Of a stretch of 64,000 bases of DNA, positions 62,916 to 64,000 are shown piece by piece. Within the stretch, counting starts at the first letter, position 1, and the number at the start of each line of letters is the position of its first letter. The notes below the pieces were generated by a model, which saw only the letters and a list, made by a program, of their open reading frames with translations, was not told the DNA's origin and did not search any database. The position numbers and the translations under genes are program-made. Source of the stretch: an uncultured Acidobacteriota bacterium (GTDB lineage Bacteria; Acidobacteriota; UBA6911); NCBI GenBank assembly GCA_963827655.1, contig CAWHCF010000049.1, positions 160,001-224,000 on the forward strand, in the 5' to 3' direction.

Positions 62916-63365
62916 ATGAATAGAGAACCAAGCCAGACAATTGCAATCCTCTATAAACTGATTGAAACCTGCAGGGACGGCCAGGAGGGTTTTCTGGCAG
63001 CTGCCGACAGGGTCCCTGACGGTGATCTGAAGGCTCTCTTCAATAGCTATTCACGACAGCGCGCGCAGTTTCTACGGGAATTACAGGAGGAAGTACGCCG
63101 TCGTGGAGGAGAGCTTGAGACAACGGGAAGTCTAACCGGGACGCTCCGTCGGGAATGGATGGAGATGAAAGGCGCGGACGCCGGCGACTGCGAAGGGGCT
63201 ATCATGACCGAATGCGAGCGGGGAGAGGACGCGGCCGTCAAGAATTACCGGGAGGCTTTGGCCGCGGAGTTACCAGGGGATTTGCTTGCGAGAGTCCAGC
63301 AACACTATACCCAGATTCGAGAGTCGCACGATCTGATCCGCGCCCTGGAGAAAGCCAGGACGTGA
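62916..63365 (+). CDS. PA2169/DUF2383 family four-helix-bundle protein
   Basis: LIETC.DG..GF..AA, G.L.R.W..K, ECERGED.A...Y..AL. Confidence 0.88.
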   Translation: MNREPSQTIAILYKLIETCRDGQEGFLAAADRVPDGDLKALFNSYSRQRAQFLRELQEEVRRRGGELETTGSLTGTLRREWMEMKGADAGDCEGAIMTECERGEDAAVKNYREALAAELPGDLLARVQQHYTQIRESHDLIRALEKART

Positions 63366-63484
63366 GAAAAGAACGGCCTATCGACTCATCCTGGTCATAA
63401 TCGAAAGGGGTTCATGCTAGAGTTCCAGTCAGCCACGCTTCCAAACCAAGGGTTGTATGACTGACAGTCAACGGAGAAGACAAA

Positions 63485-64000
63485 ATGAGTAAGCCCAGCC
63501 CCAAAGAAGGCCCTTTTTTGAGTGATGTGAAAGAGCTACGACGCCGCGCCCGGCAGCACATCGATCAGGGTGCCGTAACTTCCGGATATCTGGCTGATCG
63601 CGAAAAAGTCGTTGCAGTCTTGAACGAGGCTCTGGCGACCGAAATTGTCTGCGTTCTTCGATACAAGAGACATTACTTCATGGCCACGGGGATACATGCT
63701 CAGGCCGTGGCGCAGGAGTTTTTGGAGCATGCCAACGACGAACAGGGCCACGCCGATCGTATAGCGGAGCGAATCACACAACTCGGCGGAGACCCCGACT
63801 TCAACCCCGAGGGTCTCGCGACCCGCAGCCACTCGGAATACGTCGAGGGCGAGTCCCTCATCGACATGATCCGCGAGAACCTCGTCGCGGAACGAATCGC
63901 GATCGAGTCATACGGCGAAATCATTCGATTTCTCGGCGACCGCGACATCACTACGCGTCGTCTGATGGAGGAGATTCTTGCGGTCGAAGAAGAACACGCG
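63485..64000 (+). CDS. Ferritin-like (bacterioferritin/DpsL-related) protein, runs off the window end
   Basis: Manual translation: LNEALATEIVCVLRYKRH...EFLEHANDEQGHAD.IAERI.QLGG.P...AERIAIESY...EEEHA. Confidence 0.9.
   Translation, partial: MSKPSPKEGPFLSDVKELRRRARQHIDQGAVTSGYLADREKVVAVLNEALATEIVCVLRYKRHYFMATGIHAQAVAQEFLEHANDEQGHADRIAERITQLGGDPDFNPEGLATRSHSEYVEGESLIDMIRENLVAERIAIESYGEIIRFLGDRDITTRRLMEEILAVEEEHA

Overview
GC-rich bacterial chromosomal segment, most consistent with Acidobacteriota (inferred from the Oar-type TonB-dependent receptor, a '[18 protein letters not shown]' Ser/Thr-kinase fragment and Tat-exported Gfo/Idh/MocA proteins). It starts with a core cluster (tRNA-Leu, tig, clpP, clpX, lon, yihA, rho) converging on tyrA, followed by mixed metabolic and envelope genes (queD, gltA, lemA/TPM, murB, panE, aguAB, dsbD, metH, iron-handling genes) and two ECF sigma modules. 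Many genes, including essential ones (rho, clpX, murB), carry single-base frameshifts that look like long-read indel errors. Main findings: (1) a ~420-nt densely base-paired intergenic element upstream of metH (55283-55705) whose motifs, in order, match my recollection of the OLE RNA consensus. It appears to be a compact OLE-like ncRNA outside the Bacillota and outside the usual oapA context. (2) An ECF sigma translationally coupled to a zinc anti-sigma-TM-TPR-CHAT (caspase-like protease) fusion, followed by a secreted small protein and a stand-alone zinc-finger miniprotein. (3) Families of 6/7/8-mer tandem repeats arranged as intergenic inverted arrays, several of which supply stop or start codons to neighbouring genes. 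All family assignments come from motif recognition; no database searches were run.
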